64,000 nucleotides of DNA from Perkinsela sp. CCAP 1560/9 (GCA_965644495.1 CBFFSA010000005.1:558001-622000), one strand, 5' to 3'; counted from the first letter of the stretch, positions 31,912 to 43,503 are shown. Translations and numbers: made by a program. Notes: generated by a model from the sequence alone, not told the origin.

Positions 31912-33000
31912 ATGAAATTCCGTTTTGTGTCTCTAATGAATCACGCACCAAGCCAATCCTTGGACGACCTTTTTTCTTTCCTTGGTTCATCCAATTGCTC
32001 ACAAAAAGTGAAAAGTGAGTACCCTCATGTTTCCACGGAGTTTGTTCAACAAACATCAACCATTTCTTCCAACGATAACCGATCACGATCAAACGCAACA
32101 CATAATGACGCCTCTGCGTTATCTTCACCGAACACTCACTCTTGTCACTCCTCTTCACAGAAGGAATCCATATTAAATGAACTTCAAACTGTATTTACCT
32201 CTGTATATGGAGAGACTGAGCGCGACATGGCCCCAACAATTCTTTTTTTGTGGTTTCTAAACAACGCAGGACATCTTATCTTCCATCAGCAGTACAGTAC
32301 CCTGAGTACTGCTAATGTGTCTACTCACCTCACAACTGGAAGGCAACCTACACAGTTTTCAACCGACCACGTGGTTCAGCACATGACGGTTTCCAATGAG
32401 GTAAATTCATCTCAGTTAAATCGTATTTTGTTTTGTGCAAGTGCTCTACACACTTATTTAGCTCTGTTATCCACAGAGTCCGATAAGGGGACTTACAATT
32501 CTTTAAATCCGCGTTGCATTTCTTTACAAAATCTTTACCTTTACTGTTTTCAGTGTGATACTCCCCTCAGAATCGTACTGGGCACAACAAAATCTATAAA
32601 TAGCAAGCACCTTCAAGGTCGGTTTTCTTTTTCTTCCTCTCGAAAGCCGATTAGTGTTTCCCGAAATTCTTCACTAAGTAGTTTAGCGGGTGATTGGCTT
32701 CGCGTAATACCTACAGGTAAAGCTTCGCCGAGATTAGACGCCTTTCAACATTTGTATCGATCCTACGTAGATTATATTCTCAGTGATCCCACCTATCTTA
32801 TAGAGGAAGACGGCAACGGGCAACCGATTGTCGCCTCAAAGCATCCTCAATTCATGGAGTCGGTTGAAACAACTGTTTTAGGCTTCGTAGAGCACGTACA
32901 AGAAGAAAATTCGAAATCCAGTAGGCCAGATGTGGTTAAGAAAACGGCTCAGGTATACGATTTGGGCTCACGTTTGCTTTCTTCTTTAAAACTCTCCTGA
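31912..33000 (+). CDS. TRS23: TRAPP subunit, sybindin/Trs23-like longin domain
   Basis: LWFLNNAGHLIF, N.IL..ASALH, LYCFQ..T..RIVL, LYRSYVDYIL..P.Y..GQPI match the TRAPPC4 pattern. Confidence 0.65.
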   Translation: MKFRFVSLMNHAPSQSLDDLFSFLGSSNCSQKVKSEYPHVSTEFVQQTSTISSNDNRSRSNATHNDASALSSPNTHSCHSSSQKESILNELQTVFTSVYGETERDMAPTILFLWFLNNAGHLIFHQQYSTLSTANVSTHLTTGRQPTQFSTDHVVQHMTVSNEVNSSQLNRILFCASALHTYLALLSTESDKGTYNSLNPRCISLQNLYLYCFQCDTPLRIVLGTTKSINSKHLQGRFSFSSSRKPISVSRNSSLSSLAGDWLRVIPTGKASPRLDAFQHLYRSYVDYILSDPTYLIEEDGNGQPIVASKHPQFMESVETTVLGFVEHVQEENSKSSRPDVVKKTAQVYDLGSRLLSSLKLS

Positions 33001-33229
33001 CACAACGTTAGCGCGGCACTTTCGTCACATTTTTTTATAACGGATCGTGTCTTGAGTTATTTCTCTGGACATTACTGAATGGTAAGGATGTATCCCTTAT
33101 TCTTTCACTTCCTCAATATCCTTCCAATCCCTTTTTTCCACTAAAGCCACACTATAGGTATAGCCGTTTGTACAATCCGGATTGGATAGCTCACTCAAAA
33201 TCTGGAATACAAAAAATTTACCCCGCCTT

Positions 33230-33860
33230 GTTTCCACCTTTCTTCAACCTACATCCCCTTCCAACACCTCACACACCTCATCTTTTTTTTTGATTTCACA
33301 ACAAAAAACCGACAAAACAAAACATGCACATAATAATAATAATAATAATAATTGTAATAATAATTTAGATCCTTTCTTCTTCTCCCTCATCCCCATGTCT
33401 CATCCCGCGCACTCCCCCGTGGCTGTACTTCTCGGTCACCTCGGGGTTACCTTCGCCATGTCGCTCTCCAACGTGGGCGCGGCCTATGGCACGGCCAAGG
33501 CAGGGGTCAGCGTGGCGCGTCTCGGTGTGGGCCGGAAGAGTGGGATGATGAAGGGATTCGTCCCGATCGTGATGGCAGGGATCCTCTCGATCTACGGCCT
33601 GATTGCGGCCGTGATTATACAAAACCACATCACCCCGGTGGGGAGGTATTCGATACCTGCCGGGTGTATGCATTTGGGTGCGGGGATTGCGGTGGGGCTC
33701 TCCTCGTTGGCGGCAGGATATACGATTGGGATTGTGGGGGATAGTTGTGCGCGTACGTTTATTGAGCAGGATCGTATTTTTACGCCAATGATTTTGATGT
33801 TGATTTTTTCAGAGGCGCTTGGGCTTTATGGTTTAATACTTGGGCTTTTGATGGATAGTC
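33230..33860. other. Skew-switch island 7 (V-ATPase c gene)
   Basis: C/A-rich 33230-33420, switch near 33500, G/T-rich 33660-33860. Confidence 0.7.
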
Positions 33861-33880
33861 ACGCAACAAAATTTATCTAA
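33395..33880 (+). CDS. VMA3: V-type ATPase 16-kDa proteolipid subunit c
   Basis: GAAYGTAKAG, PIVMAGILSIYGLI, HLGAG..VGL..LAAG..IGIVGD, ILMLIFSEALGLYGLI with the essential Glu; ATG 33395. Confidence 0.95.
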   Translation: MSHPAHSPVAVLLGHLGVTFAMSLSNVGAAYGTAKAGVSVARLGVGRKSGMMKGFVPIVMAGILSIYGLIAAVIIQNHITPVGRYSIPAGCMHLGAGIAVGLSSLAAGYTIGIVGDSCARTFIEQDRIFTPMILMLIFSEALGLYGLILGLLMDSHATKFI

Positions 33881-34125
33881 TACCCATAGGATGCTTATTT
33901 GCATCGAACCAAGGTTGGTTGCATAGGATATCCTTTGGATGCCGCAACCTGAAATTGGTGGTATGATGTGCGTTTAACAATCCTCCTTATGGTTGAATAA
34001 TGTTTCACTGTTGAAATAAAATTGTGAAGCATCTTCTCACTACCTTAGTGACGCATATAGGTGGCTTGGTGACTGTCTATTTTTTTACGTATTTCTCTTT
34101 GTATCTTTTATGAATCGTGTTTTTC

Positions 34126-34866
34126 ATGCCTTCAACTCTTCTAAAAGATTTTCCTCGATCGAGCCCATTGACTGATGCATTGCGGGTTCTGCACCTTGAA
34201 ACACGCATCCCTATTCATGCTCTTAGCTGCGAGTCATCCTTCCGGTTCCTTAGTGAAAATACTTTACGGCGTGCCTTTTGTAATCAAGCTCTTAAACTTC
34301 ATCCAGATGTCCCTGGTGGGGATGTGACGTGCTTTATTCGCTTGAGAGAGTCATATGACCTTCTACGAACACATATTCGTACTAGACAAAGGAACCACGT
34401 AGTAAATCCTTCATTTGCGTCTTCTGAAGAAGTAATTTTTTCATTTCAGACTCGATATGAACGACAGAACGCGTCACATCGACATGTACGACAAAAAAGA
34501 AGTTCTCAATTAGAATGTGGTCCCAGAACAAACCACTGTCTAGGCTCGCACTTTGCAGAAGCGCGAAAATGTCCCGGAAAGAATACTGACCACTGTCTTC
34601 AGAAGGATTCCACTTATCTAAATAAGGAAACTAGTGGCACTGCGATACTTTCTTCACGATATTGCGCATCCCCCATGTATTCTACAACCTCTGAATCATG
34701 CTCTTCAAAGGAAACATTGAGTTTTGATGCGGCTTTTTCCAAATTAAAGTCACTAAAATCCAAAGTTTCGTTTTCTGTGGTGAACTATCCGAAGCCTTTG
34801 CCAAAATATGCTTCATGTTTCATGCCTTGGAAGCCGAATTCGAAAATGGTGTTCTGCAATGAATAG
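34126..34866 (+). CDS. J-domain (DnaJ-like) protein
   Basis: LRRAF..QALKLHPDVPGGD..F..LRESY..L. Confidence 0.75.
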   Translation: MPSTLLKDFPRSSPLTDALRVLHLETRIPIHALSCESSFRFLSENTLRRAFCNQALKLHPDVPGGDVTCFIRLRESYDLLRTHIRTRQRNHVVNPSFASSEEVIFSFQTRYERQNASHRHVRQKRSSQLECGPRTNHCLGSHFAEARKCPGKNTDHCLQKDSTYLNKETSGTAILSSRYCASPMYSTTSESCSSKETLSFDAAFSKLKSLKSKVSFSVVNYPKPLPKYASCFMPWKPNSKMVFCNE

Positions 34867-35293
34867 AACCTGAATTTCCATTAGATCTTCATTTATACTT
34901 TTTGAACTGTGCGTTACATGCATGTACGTCTTGACTTTTTGACCTTTATCATTTAACTTGATTTTTCTTTTTCTACATAGTTTCTTGCTACTTGACTACT
35001 TGAGATGGAAAAAGACGAATTAAATATTTTTTCGTAACTTTATTAGGCGAATGAAATATTATTGCAAAAAATGAAACACAGAAGCACTATTTCTATTTCG
35101 TGGGAATTTCCACGCTTGCTGCTATTGATATCTCGCCTGTCCTGTAGAGAAGAGAGAGAAGTCTGTCCTGTATATTGAAAAGTAGACGTCTAAATCACTT
35201 GTTTATTGACTCCTGAATAAATAAATTTTTTGTCACGTACACGTATACTTCTAGGATGCTAAATCGTGGATTTTCTATTAGATTATACATTGC

Positions 35294-36151
35294 ATGATGA
35301 TGTTTATTTTTTTATTCGGTATTTTGGTGCACAATTTATGTGCAAAAGACGACAAGGGCATTGTCACCTCTTCATGTCGCGGAAAGGTTCGAGGCGCTCT
35401 ACTTTCACAGGATATGGAAATGTGTTGTTTCGTTTCAAACGTCCACGCGAAGAGTAGTAACATGTTTAATGACAGTTCTGCATGCACGTGGTACGGAGTT
35501 TGGTGCGACGAAGAACAGAAAATAAAACGAATCAGCTGGACCTATCGTGATCTGCAAGGACATCTTGCATGGGAATATTTACCATCAACCTTGACCACAC
35601 TGAGAGTCGGTCGAAACAATCTTACAGGATCTGTACCGACGCTGCATTTCTCTTCACAGCTTTCTTATATAGATATTGAGTATAATAACTTTAGTGGATT
35701 TTTTGATGCGACTTCTCTTCCGTCTGTTTTGGATGAGATTTGGTCCGCACAGAACCGTTTCAGTGGGCCACTTGATCTTACGAATCTTCCACAACAGATA
35801 AGAATCATTTCCTTAACGAAAAACAAGCTTACGGGAAAATTGGATTTGACTCTACTTCCGGATTCTTTGCAGCAGCTATATTTACAACGTAATTGTTTTG
35901 AGGGAACCATCGATTTGACACGCCTTCCGCGCAATTTGACTGCGCTGTACTTGTCAGACAACGCATTGGAAGGCGACATCACCCTCAGAAACTTGCCGAA
36001 ATCTTTGAAAGATGTGTTTCTTGGGGGAAATTGTTTTGTTGGGACCGTGGACTTGGTCGCTTTTCCACCATCCCTTCGCGCCGTTAGCCTTGAAAACAAT
36101 AAATATACTTTGACATTTACTATGCCTCTTTCGCCTTGTATTACTATTTAA
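35294..36151 (+). CDS. Small LRR protein
   Basis: Hydrophobic leader, RGKV, CTWYGVWC cap, regular LRRs. Confidence 0.92.
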   Translation: MMMFIFLFGILVHNLCAKDDKGIVTSSCRGKVRGALLSQDMEMCCFVSNVHAKSSNMFNDSSACTWYGVWCDEEQKIKRISWTYRDLQGHLAWEYLPSTLTTLRVGRNNLTGSVPTLHFSSQLSYIDIEYNNFSGFFDATSLPSVLDEIWSAQNRFSGPLDLTNLPQQIRIISLTKNKLTGKLDLTLLPDSLQQLYLQRNCFEGTIDLTRLPRNLTALYLSDNALEGDITLRNLPKSLKDVFLGGNCFVGTVDLVAFPPSLRAVSLENNKYTLTFTMPLSPCITI

Positions 36152-36252
36152 TAAAGTGGGGATTTTTTAGGATGCTATAAATTTTGTATTTCCTGCTTTT
36201 TTCGTAATATTGGATTGGACATTTCTTTAATACTACGATCTTAAGTGGCAGT

Positions 36253-36960
36253 ATGCCAGTTCATAGCACTCTACAACATATTTGTCGCGTAGTACATTCT
36301 TTTGTGATAATGTTCCTTCTTTTTCCCAGCTCGGATGAGCGTCATAACGCCCCGCCAAGTCGCGTCCTTGGGAATCTCCCACAAGAGTACGATCTGGTCC
36401 GCTTCATAAAAGGTATGGAGAACGTGCACCCTTCTTGGGTAATAACTACACCTGCTTGTGAATGGAAGGATGTATATTGTGATGCAAATGGTCGAGTAGA
36501 CCAAGTTCTTTGGGGGAATATGGGAATCTCAGGCGTTGTGGAATGGGGGACGCTCCCCTATTCCGTCCGAAAGCTTAATCTTGGTTGCAACTTTGAACTA
36601 GGCGGCACTGTGGATCTTGGCTCTTTTCCACAGTGTGTGGAGGAAATTGGGCTATTTGCGTGTAGCTTTGTTGGAGCATTATATCTTACGAGTCTTCCCA
36701 CGGCTCTTCTCCGCCTTAACACTGCGCAAAATATGCTCTCCGGTCTTCTTGATTTCACCAAGCTCCCAGCAGAAATACAAATTCTTCGGTTGAGTGAAAA
36801 CATGTTTGGTGGGACGGCTGATTTTTCTTTCTTGCCTGCTTCTGTTCAAGAAATAGACTTAAGAAACACGCTAGTAACCTCATTAAATGAAGTTCCATTG
36901 TTTGTCGAAATGCCAGACATACCCAAAGTTCCTCAGGTACACCGCGCGCCAAACAAATAG
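36253..36960 (+). CDS. Small LRR protein (alternative start 36310)
   Basis: SSD..PSRV..LPQEYDL, CEWKDVYC cap, LRRs. Confidence 0.88.
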   Translation: MPVHSTLQHICRVVHSFVIMFLLFPSSDERHNAPPSRVLGNLPQEYDLVRFIKGMENVHPSWVITTPACEWKDVYCDANGRVDQVLWGNMGISGVVEWGTLPYSVRKLNLGCNFELGGTVDLGSFPQCVEEIGLFACSFVGALYLTSLPTALLRLNTAQNMLSGLLDFTKLPAEIQILRLSENMFGGTADFSFLPASVQEIDLRNTLVTSLNEVPLFVEMPDIPKVPQVHRAPNK

Positions 36961-37229
36961 CAGCTTAATCTTTTTTTTGTTGCTTTATTAAATTTCAATT
37001 AAAAAACTAAATTTATACTTCGTCTGAATAACAATTAAAAGTGGCTCATTTACTAAAACCTCAAGTGTATTACCAACGCCCCAGGTCCCAACAGACACCG
37101 AACAGTCCCCCTTTTATAAGGAAGAGAGCTTCATCCCGAAAGTTTCATAAAATTTTGCAAAGTGAGTGGTGACACAGTAGCAATATTAAACTTGATCTGT
37201 GCCCAATCAATAATGAAAACTTTTCCCGT

Positions 37230-37900
37230 ACACGGTAGGATACCTACCTCCATTTCAACCCCTTTCTTATATATACCTCCCATTAGCCACTCCTTTTCTT
37301 TCCTACCCTCCTCCCTCCCTCTCCCACGCTTTGCTTCCCCCCCCCCATGTTTCACCTCGCTCTCCCCCTCCTCTTCCTCTCTCCCCTTCTCTCCCCCAGG
37401 TGTCGTTTCACCGAACCCGCTTCCTCTTCTTCTTCCTCTACCACCACCTCCTCCTCTCGTAAACGTAAACGCGGCCCCTCCAAAGTCCAGGGGGTCGGGA
37501 TCCCCGCGGAGTACCAACTCGCCCGTCTCGTCTCCCGTCTCTCCCACGTCTACCCCAGCTGGTCGACCCACACCCCGGCGTGTGCGTGGTACCGCGTAGG
37601 GTGTGGGGGGGACGGGGGGGTGAGCTCGCTGCTGTGGGAGGGGCTGGGGTTAAGGGGGCCTCTCCATTGGGGGTTTCTCCCCTCCTCGACGTTGTATGTG
37701 GATCTCGCCATGGTGGTGGTCGAGGGGGAGTACCGGTTTAACTACATTACGGGGAGCGTGGAGACGGGGAGGTTGCCGCCGGGACTGCGTAGTCTTGTGA
37801 TTGGGGATAATTTGTTTGTGGGGACGCCGGATTTGGCGGCGCTACCGGTGACGCTGCGGTGGTTGGATTTGAGCGCTAATCGGTTGAGTGGGGAGGTGAA
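37230..37900. other. Skew-switch island 8 (in LRR gene)
   Basis: C-rich 37300-37578, very sharp switch near 37580, G-rich 37600-37900. Confidence 0.88.
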
Positions 37901-38066
37901 TCTTGGCTCTCTGCCGCCGTATTTGCAGCAGCTTCATCTGAATTTCAACAAGGAGCTCTCTGGGGAGCTCTGGGAGGATCTACTTCCAAAAACTTTGACT
38001 TCGGTCAGCATTGAGGGGACCAGAATTGTGAAACAATGTGTGGTCGTGAAGACATTGGAGGACTGA
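37347..38066 (+). CDS. Small LRR protein
   Basis: Hydrophobic leader, RKRKRGPSKV..IPAEYQL, CAWYRVGC cap, LRRs. Confidence 0.88.
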   Translation: MFHLALPLLFLSPLLSPRCRFTEPASSSSSSTTTSSSRKRKRGPSKVQGVGIPAEYQLARLVSRLSHVYPSWSTHTPACAWYRVGCGGDGGVSSLLWEGLGLRGPLHWGFLPSSTLYVDLAMVVVEGEYRFNYITGSVETGRLPPGLRSLVIGDNLFVGTPDLAALPVTLRWLDLSANRLSGEVNLGSLPPYLQQLHLNFNKELSGELWEDLLPKTLTSVSIEGTRIVKQCVVVKTLED

Positions 38067-38640
38067 TCGAGCACTCGACGACAACCCGTTCCTTGTCGAA
38101 CGATGCGAATCAAAAGAAACTCAGTGTTTTTGGTTTCATTTTTTCCCTGCGATTGTTTATAGTGGTAAATGATTCTGATTTCTATTCGAATTTTTAAATT
38201 CGAAGTACGTATTGCTTTTGGGCTGTAGTGTAGTAGGCATTTAAGATTGGTCCACGGAGCATTTTTCAATGCTTCCAGGATTCATTTATGTTTGCGTCAT
38301 TTGCTTCTTTTCTTTGAAAGTTACCATTGCCGGTTCGATGTGAAAATATCTTTTTTTAACGTTATCTTGCACAAAACAGATATTTATTGGTAAGAATACC
38401 GTTACACTCCCCCTTACTTATCCTCAAACTATGGCCTTTGACCTAAAACGAAGGGGATAAGTATAGGGGGTAACAGTAGTATGTTGCCTGGGCAACAGAT
38501 ATTATAACAAATATTATTATTTCTCCTCCTGGAACTACAGTAAGCAATATTTGTGGTGTACTGGTATTAGCGGTTGTGGGTAAATGTTCTTCAGCTTTTG
38601 AGTTTTGATATTTACACTACAGCATTTTTCTACGTTCTCC

Positions 38641-39768
38641 ATGTCTACGAGTGACAGCGCATCCGATTCAGATTCTCGAATTCGTGAACATCTTACAAAT
38701 TCGGTCGAACAATTCACTTCATCGTTGCGTCTAACTCAGGACGGGGACACCTCCGAGTTGGATTCTCCAATACACTCACGAAGCAATTTTACCAAAGTGG
38801 ATGTACGCAGTGAATCTGTGATTCTCAATTGGCATCGTGCTTCAGACAACGGTTCTACATTCCTGCTTTCCGGACCACCTCACTGGGATGCGTTGCCTCG
38901 TACCACGGCCATCATGAATCTCGGAAACAATAGTCTTTCCGGTAGCATAACCCTTCCCCATCTATCCACCCTCACTCGACTGGACGTCTCCAACAACGAG
39001 TTCTCCGGAAGTGTTGATTTCTTCTCTTGCGCTCCAAACTTAAAGTATGCCAATCTCAGCCACAACAAGTTTACTGGATTTCTCCCCGTCTCAAGCCTTC
39101 CAAACCAACTCATCACGTTAAACGTTTCGAACAACCGACTCAGTGGACCTCTGGACTTGAAGGCTTTGCCGCAAAACTTGGAGGAACTCGACGTCAGCAG
39201 TAACGCGTTTGAGGGAGAAGTCGCCTTGCATCGCCTTCCCTGTCGACTTACAACACTTTTACTGTTCTCCAATCGGCTCCGCGGATCTCTTAACCTTACG
39301 CAGCTCTCCCATCGATTCGTATTCAATGTGAAATCGGGTTGTTGTGTAGAATTATCCGGTAACTGCGCAACTAGCCTAGAGTCTCGCGACACAGAAAGCG
39401 CCACTATCCTGATTCCTCAATGTTTGAAAGTGTTTAATGCAAGCGACAACCGTTTTGAGGGTGTAGTAAACGTAGCAAATCTTCCATCCTCCCTGCGGGA
39501 ACTCGATCTCAGTCAGAATCAACTCAGTGGGGAGCCATTGATGTCTTCAGCAGAGGCAACTCTCGTCAAGTTGGACCTCAGCCACAACAAATTCTACGGC
39601 GATGTCCGTTTGACGGCATACAGTGAGGAAACAGAGGTGAACGTCTCAAACAATTTCTTTTCTGGGTTTTTGATTCCGGCGCGCAAGATGCATGAGCGTA
39701 CACAAATGCTCCCACAGAAACCCAACGAAGATCTATTGTTGGCTTTTGAGCGTAAGGTTATTGTTTAG
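38641..39768 (+). CDS. LRR protein (longer, lacks the family leader)
   Basis: About ten LxxLDVSNNxFSG-type repeats; ATG 38641. Confidence 0.88.
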   Translation: MSTSDSASDSDSRIREHLTNSVEQFTSSLRLTQDGDTSELDSPIHSRSNFTKVDVRSESVILNWHRASDNGSTFLLSGPPHWDALPRTTAIMNLGNNSLSGSITLPHLSTLTRLDVSNNEFSGSVDFFSCAPNLKYANLSHNKFTGFLPVSSLPNQLITLNVSNNRLSGPLDLKALPQNLEELDVSSNAFEGEVALHRLPCRLTTLLLFSNRLRGSLNLTQLSHRFVFNVKSGCCVELSGNCATSLESRDTESATILIPQCLKVFNASDNRFEGVVNVANLPSSLRELDLSQNQLSGEPLMSSAEATLVKLDLSHNKFYGDVRLTAYSEETEVNVSNNFFSGFLIPARKMHERTQMLPQKPNEDLLLAFERKVIV

Positions 39769-40662
39769 CCACTGTTCAAAGGTTACTAGTTAAGAGGTAA
39801 CAGATTTTTGTACGGAAAGATAGGTTAAGAAATGCCACAAAGTAGGCTTAAGATGTTGTAGCTTATGGTTTTGGATTTTGTTGTTAGATTCTTAATGTTA
39901 CTTTAAACAGACTTATAAACACTTTATTAGCAATAAACACAGTTTATTGAAAAATGATTTTTCCTTTGAAATTGGAGTCATTCATTTTGTTGTTCCATTC
40001 TTTAGTCCTTGCTATACTCTTTTAGTACAGATTCATAGTAGTAAACAGTACCTAGTTTTCTAAACACGAAGTCTTGTGCTGCACTTTCTCCGATTTTTGC
40101 AGCTACATGTTATTTTTTTCAGTTTCTTGTTTCATACTTTTTGGGCCTTCATGGTTTATTCAATTATATTTTGTGTTTCTATCTGCTTTTCTTTTGCGTA
40201 CTTACATTTTTCATTTACGTCGTGACCTTCCGAGAAATATTTTTCTTGAATATCTTGAAAAACATTTGCATAGTTACGTAGCAAAATTAGTCCTTATAAA
40301 AAAGAACCTTTTCATTTCCTTAATTTCTCTGTTTATTCTAAAGAAATTCTTTATAATGAAATAAATTCTTTCGAGATAATGAACTTGATTAAGAATTTGA
40401 TATTTTTATTCTTTTGATATTTCTTCGTTTACTTCAAAAACAAGATTCTTGCTTTCATATGAAAATGCACGACAATTACCTTCTTAAATCTTATCTGATG
40501 ACGGATTTATTTGCGTATAATCTATTTATTAAATAGATAGATCAATTTATTAAGCAGAATATAAAATATAAAATTTAAGGATAAAATCGTCAATTTTATA
40601 TCCTTTATCCGTAAATAGTTATTTCCGTAACTACCTCCCCACCTGTAATTTAATAAGCCTTT

Positions 40663-41346
40663 ATGTTCCTCCCTTTTGTTGGGCCGGTTTTCTCGGCGGA
40701 TGTTTCATCCTCTCGAAAACCTCAAAAATTCCGCCGCACCCTTCTCTCTCCCGAAGTAGCGCTTTCGTTATTCCTTCAACATGTGCAGAATCTACACTTC
40801 TCATGGAACGACACACAAACAGTGGATTCTTGGTTGGGCGTCTCTGTGGACCGTGCAGGCCTTGTTGATAGCATTTCATGGGGCTCTCAACGACTTAGTG
40901 GTAATGTGACGTGGTCCTGGCTCCCACAGAGCGTCGTCTTTCTACGCCTCCAATCCAATGCGTTGGGTCACGAGCTCACACCGCAGGAGCTTCCTCCGAA
41001 TCTCCGTGATTTCTGGATCAATTCCAATATATTCTCCGGTTCTTTAGATTTAACTCAGTTCCCCTTGACAGTGGAAACTCTGTGTGCTGATACGAACCGA
41101 CTGGAGGGAGAGATGGATCTGACACGCCTTCCTCCTGGCTTGCAGTGGTTGTGGTTATACAGAAATCGCTTTTCAGGTGATATAAAAGTTGGCGCACTAC
41201 CTGGTACGTTGAGCAATTTACAAATTCAATTCAATCATCTCACTGGAGAGCTTGACCTCAACAAATTTCCTCCCTCCCTTGTCTACTTGAAAATCGCTGG
41301 GAATGGTCTTGAAATTAAAGGTTCTCACTTGGCCTACACAGTTTAA
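40663..41346 (+). CDS. Small LRR protein
   Basis: FSAD..RKPQKF..LSPE leader, SWLGVSV..LSGNVTWSWLP, LRRs. Confidence 0.9.
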   Translation: MFLPFVGPVFSADVSSSRKPQKFRRTLLSPEVALSLFLQHVQNLHFSWNDTQTVDSWLGVSVDRAGLVDSISWGSQRLSGNVTWSWLPQSVVFLRLQSNALGHELTPQELPPNLRDFWINSNIFSGSLDLTQFPLTVETLCADTNRLEGEMDLTRLPPGLQWLWLYRNRFSGDIKVGALPGTLSNLQIQFNHLTGELDLNKFPPSLVYLKIAGNGLEIKGSHLAYTV

Positions 41347-41676
41347 TAAAACACAACGATGGGGGTACACTAGAGTTAAATTACACTGCCGCAAATATGC
41401 GCAACACAGAGTATTTTTTAACGGAATCTTCTTTTATAAAAAAGGATTACTGTATCCCCCTGTTTATAACAGCCTCGACCCCTCCCCCCTTTATAAGTTC
41501 TTCTCTAATTCTTATGAAAGTATTTAAGCACTTTCAGCTCCGAATTCTTTTAAATTCGGACTGGGCGGAGGGTTTGGTGGAGGTTTAATTTTATTCTGAA
41601 TCTTTTTCACGAAATACTTACCTTCTGACGTTTTGCTTCATATATTTATTATTATTTTGACAGTTTATGGCAAAAT

Positions 41677-42105
41677 ATGCAGAGACTGCGTCGCCTATTG
41701 CGAAACTATGGTACTCGCGGAAAATCGCACAAGATGGCTCTTGTAGTTCGCTCCGACTTAAAAATGAGTCCCGGAAAAGTAGCATCTCAATGCTCTCATG
41801 CAGCAGTCACCGCGGTGCTTCAATGTTCCCATATTGATTCTGCAGGTATGACTCGCGAAGAATCTTTACTTGGCAAGCTGAACAACTGGCTTTCCGATGG
41901 CCAAAAAAAAGTCGTTCTCAGAGTTAAAGATAGGGACGAACTGCTAGAGCTTACGCAGTCTGCCAAGGCATATGGAGTCAACTATTCTCTTATCCAGGAC
42001 GCAGGTCACACGGAACTTCCCGCAGGTTCTGAAACAGTTCTTTGTATTGGTCCGGCTTCTCAAGTGGAGGTGGATGCTATCACAGGATCATTAAAACTAC
42101 TTTAA
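41677..42105 (+). CDS. PTH2: Peptidyl-tRNA hydrolase 2
   Basis: KMALVVRSDLKMSPGKVASQCSHA, W..GQKKVVL, IQDAGHTE..GS.TVL.IGP, IT.SLKLL. Confidence 0.95.
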   Translation: MQRLRRLLRNYGTRGKSHKMALVVRSDLKMSPGKVASQCSHAAVTAVLQCSHIDSAGMTREESLLGKLNNWLSDGQKKVVLRVKDRDELLELTQSAKAYGVNYSLIQDAGHTELPAGSETVLCIGPASQVEVDAITGSLKLL

Positions 42106-42687
42106 ACTACATCTGATGCACGCATTTATCTATTCCACTTTTGATACCTTCTGGCCTTGTATAGTATTTTGTGTAGTGGTGAAAGCATCACCAGTGCATG
42201 CACTCCGATTTGAACTTCTCTTGACTCGTCTTAAATTAAGACGAGATCTCTAAGATCGCTTACTGAGTAAGTGAGTAATACCCAAGGATGCGATAGCCTC
42301 GACAATATTCAGCTCGACAATATTCCAATTCTTATAGTGCAACCTAATACACTATTAGTCCAATACGACCTGAGTTCTCCAAGAGGGTTGGTTTTCTTCG
42401 GCGCGGATTTTCTGGTCGGCGGATTGATTTTCTAATCTCGTCTTAATGGAACAATGCCTTATGGTCAACTTTTTCCTGCTTTGAAACTTTTTTCTCTTCT
42501 TTGAAACGGGAGGGGGGGGGGGGCAATAATACAGGTATTAAGACGCAAATCACGTTGTTTGGTGTATTTTTGACGCTTCTTTTTCATGTCATGAGTACCA
42601 AAGAGAGGCTAAGTCTTACCGTCGTATTCCATTGAAAGATTTTTAGAGTTGTATCTCACGTTAGTTTTTGAGTTCCTCCTTTCTCTA

Positions 42688-43503
42688 ATGCTTTCTGGGT
42701 CGCGTTGTTGCGACTCTTTAGCTCCACCGAAGAAACAACGTAAGCTTGGGAAGGCTGTGGCTACGCTTATTCCACAAGAAATCCGACTACTCTCTCTTAT
42801 CTCGGATGAGGACTACATTCATCCGACATGGAAAACAGAAATTTCCGCATGCGAGTGGGATGGCGTGAAATGTAATTCCAAGGGAGAAGTAACAAGTATT
42901 CGGCTCACCTGCCTTCGCTTTTCTGACTCTACTGGGAATATTCCTTATCCGATTCGCGGTGCTTCTCGATGCGATAAACACGTGGAAATTGTCTTGGGGA
43001 ACCTTCTTCCCACATTAAAGCATTGTTTTCTCTCCGATAATCAATTTAGGTCGAGTGTTCCTTGGATAAACCTTCCAGACTCACTCGAACGGTTAGACCT
43101 GAGCTCTAACTTCTTTTACGGTGCAGTCGATCTCACTCAACTCCCTTCTCATTTGTGGCTTTTAAATGCTCGTAAAAATAAGTTTGATGGAAGCATTGAC
43201 CTCTCCCAACTTCCTGCCTCGCTTTCCTTTCTCAACCTATCGGAGAATTCGCTATCTGGAACAGTTTTGTTTACGCAGCTTTCTGAATCTCTAGAACAGT
43301 TGTATCTTGAGGGAAACAAATTCGAGGGTAAACTGGATTTCTCTCCAATTCCTGACAGTCTACGAGTTCTTTATCTTCATGGGAACAATTTTTTGAGTAA
43401 GGTGGACTACGATAGCATTCCTCTTTCACTTAGTTCTCTTACTCTGTGTAAAAATGCTGGGTGTATTCCTAAGAATCTGAAAAACATTGTGAATCTTCAG
43501 TAG
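42688..43503 (+). CDS. Small LRR protein
   Basis: RKLGKA..IPQE, CEWDGVKC cap, LRRs; first ATG 42688. Confidence 0.88.
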   Translation: MLSGSRCCDSLAPPKKQRKLGKAVATLIPQEIRLLSLISDEDYIHPTWKTEISACEWDGVKCNSKGEVTSIRLTCLRFSDSTGNIPYPIRGASRCDKHVEIVLGNLLPTLKHCFLSDNQFRSSVPWINLPDSLERLDLSSNFFYGAVDLTQLPSHLWLLNARKNKFDGSIDLSQLPASLSFLNLSENSLSGTVLFTQLSESLEQLYLEGNKFEGKLDFSPIPDSLRVLYLHGNNFLSKVDYDSIPLSLSSLTLCKNAGCIPKNLKNIVNLQ

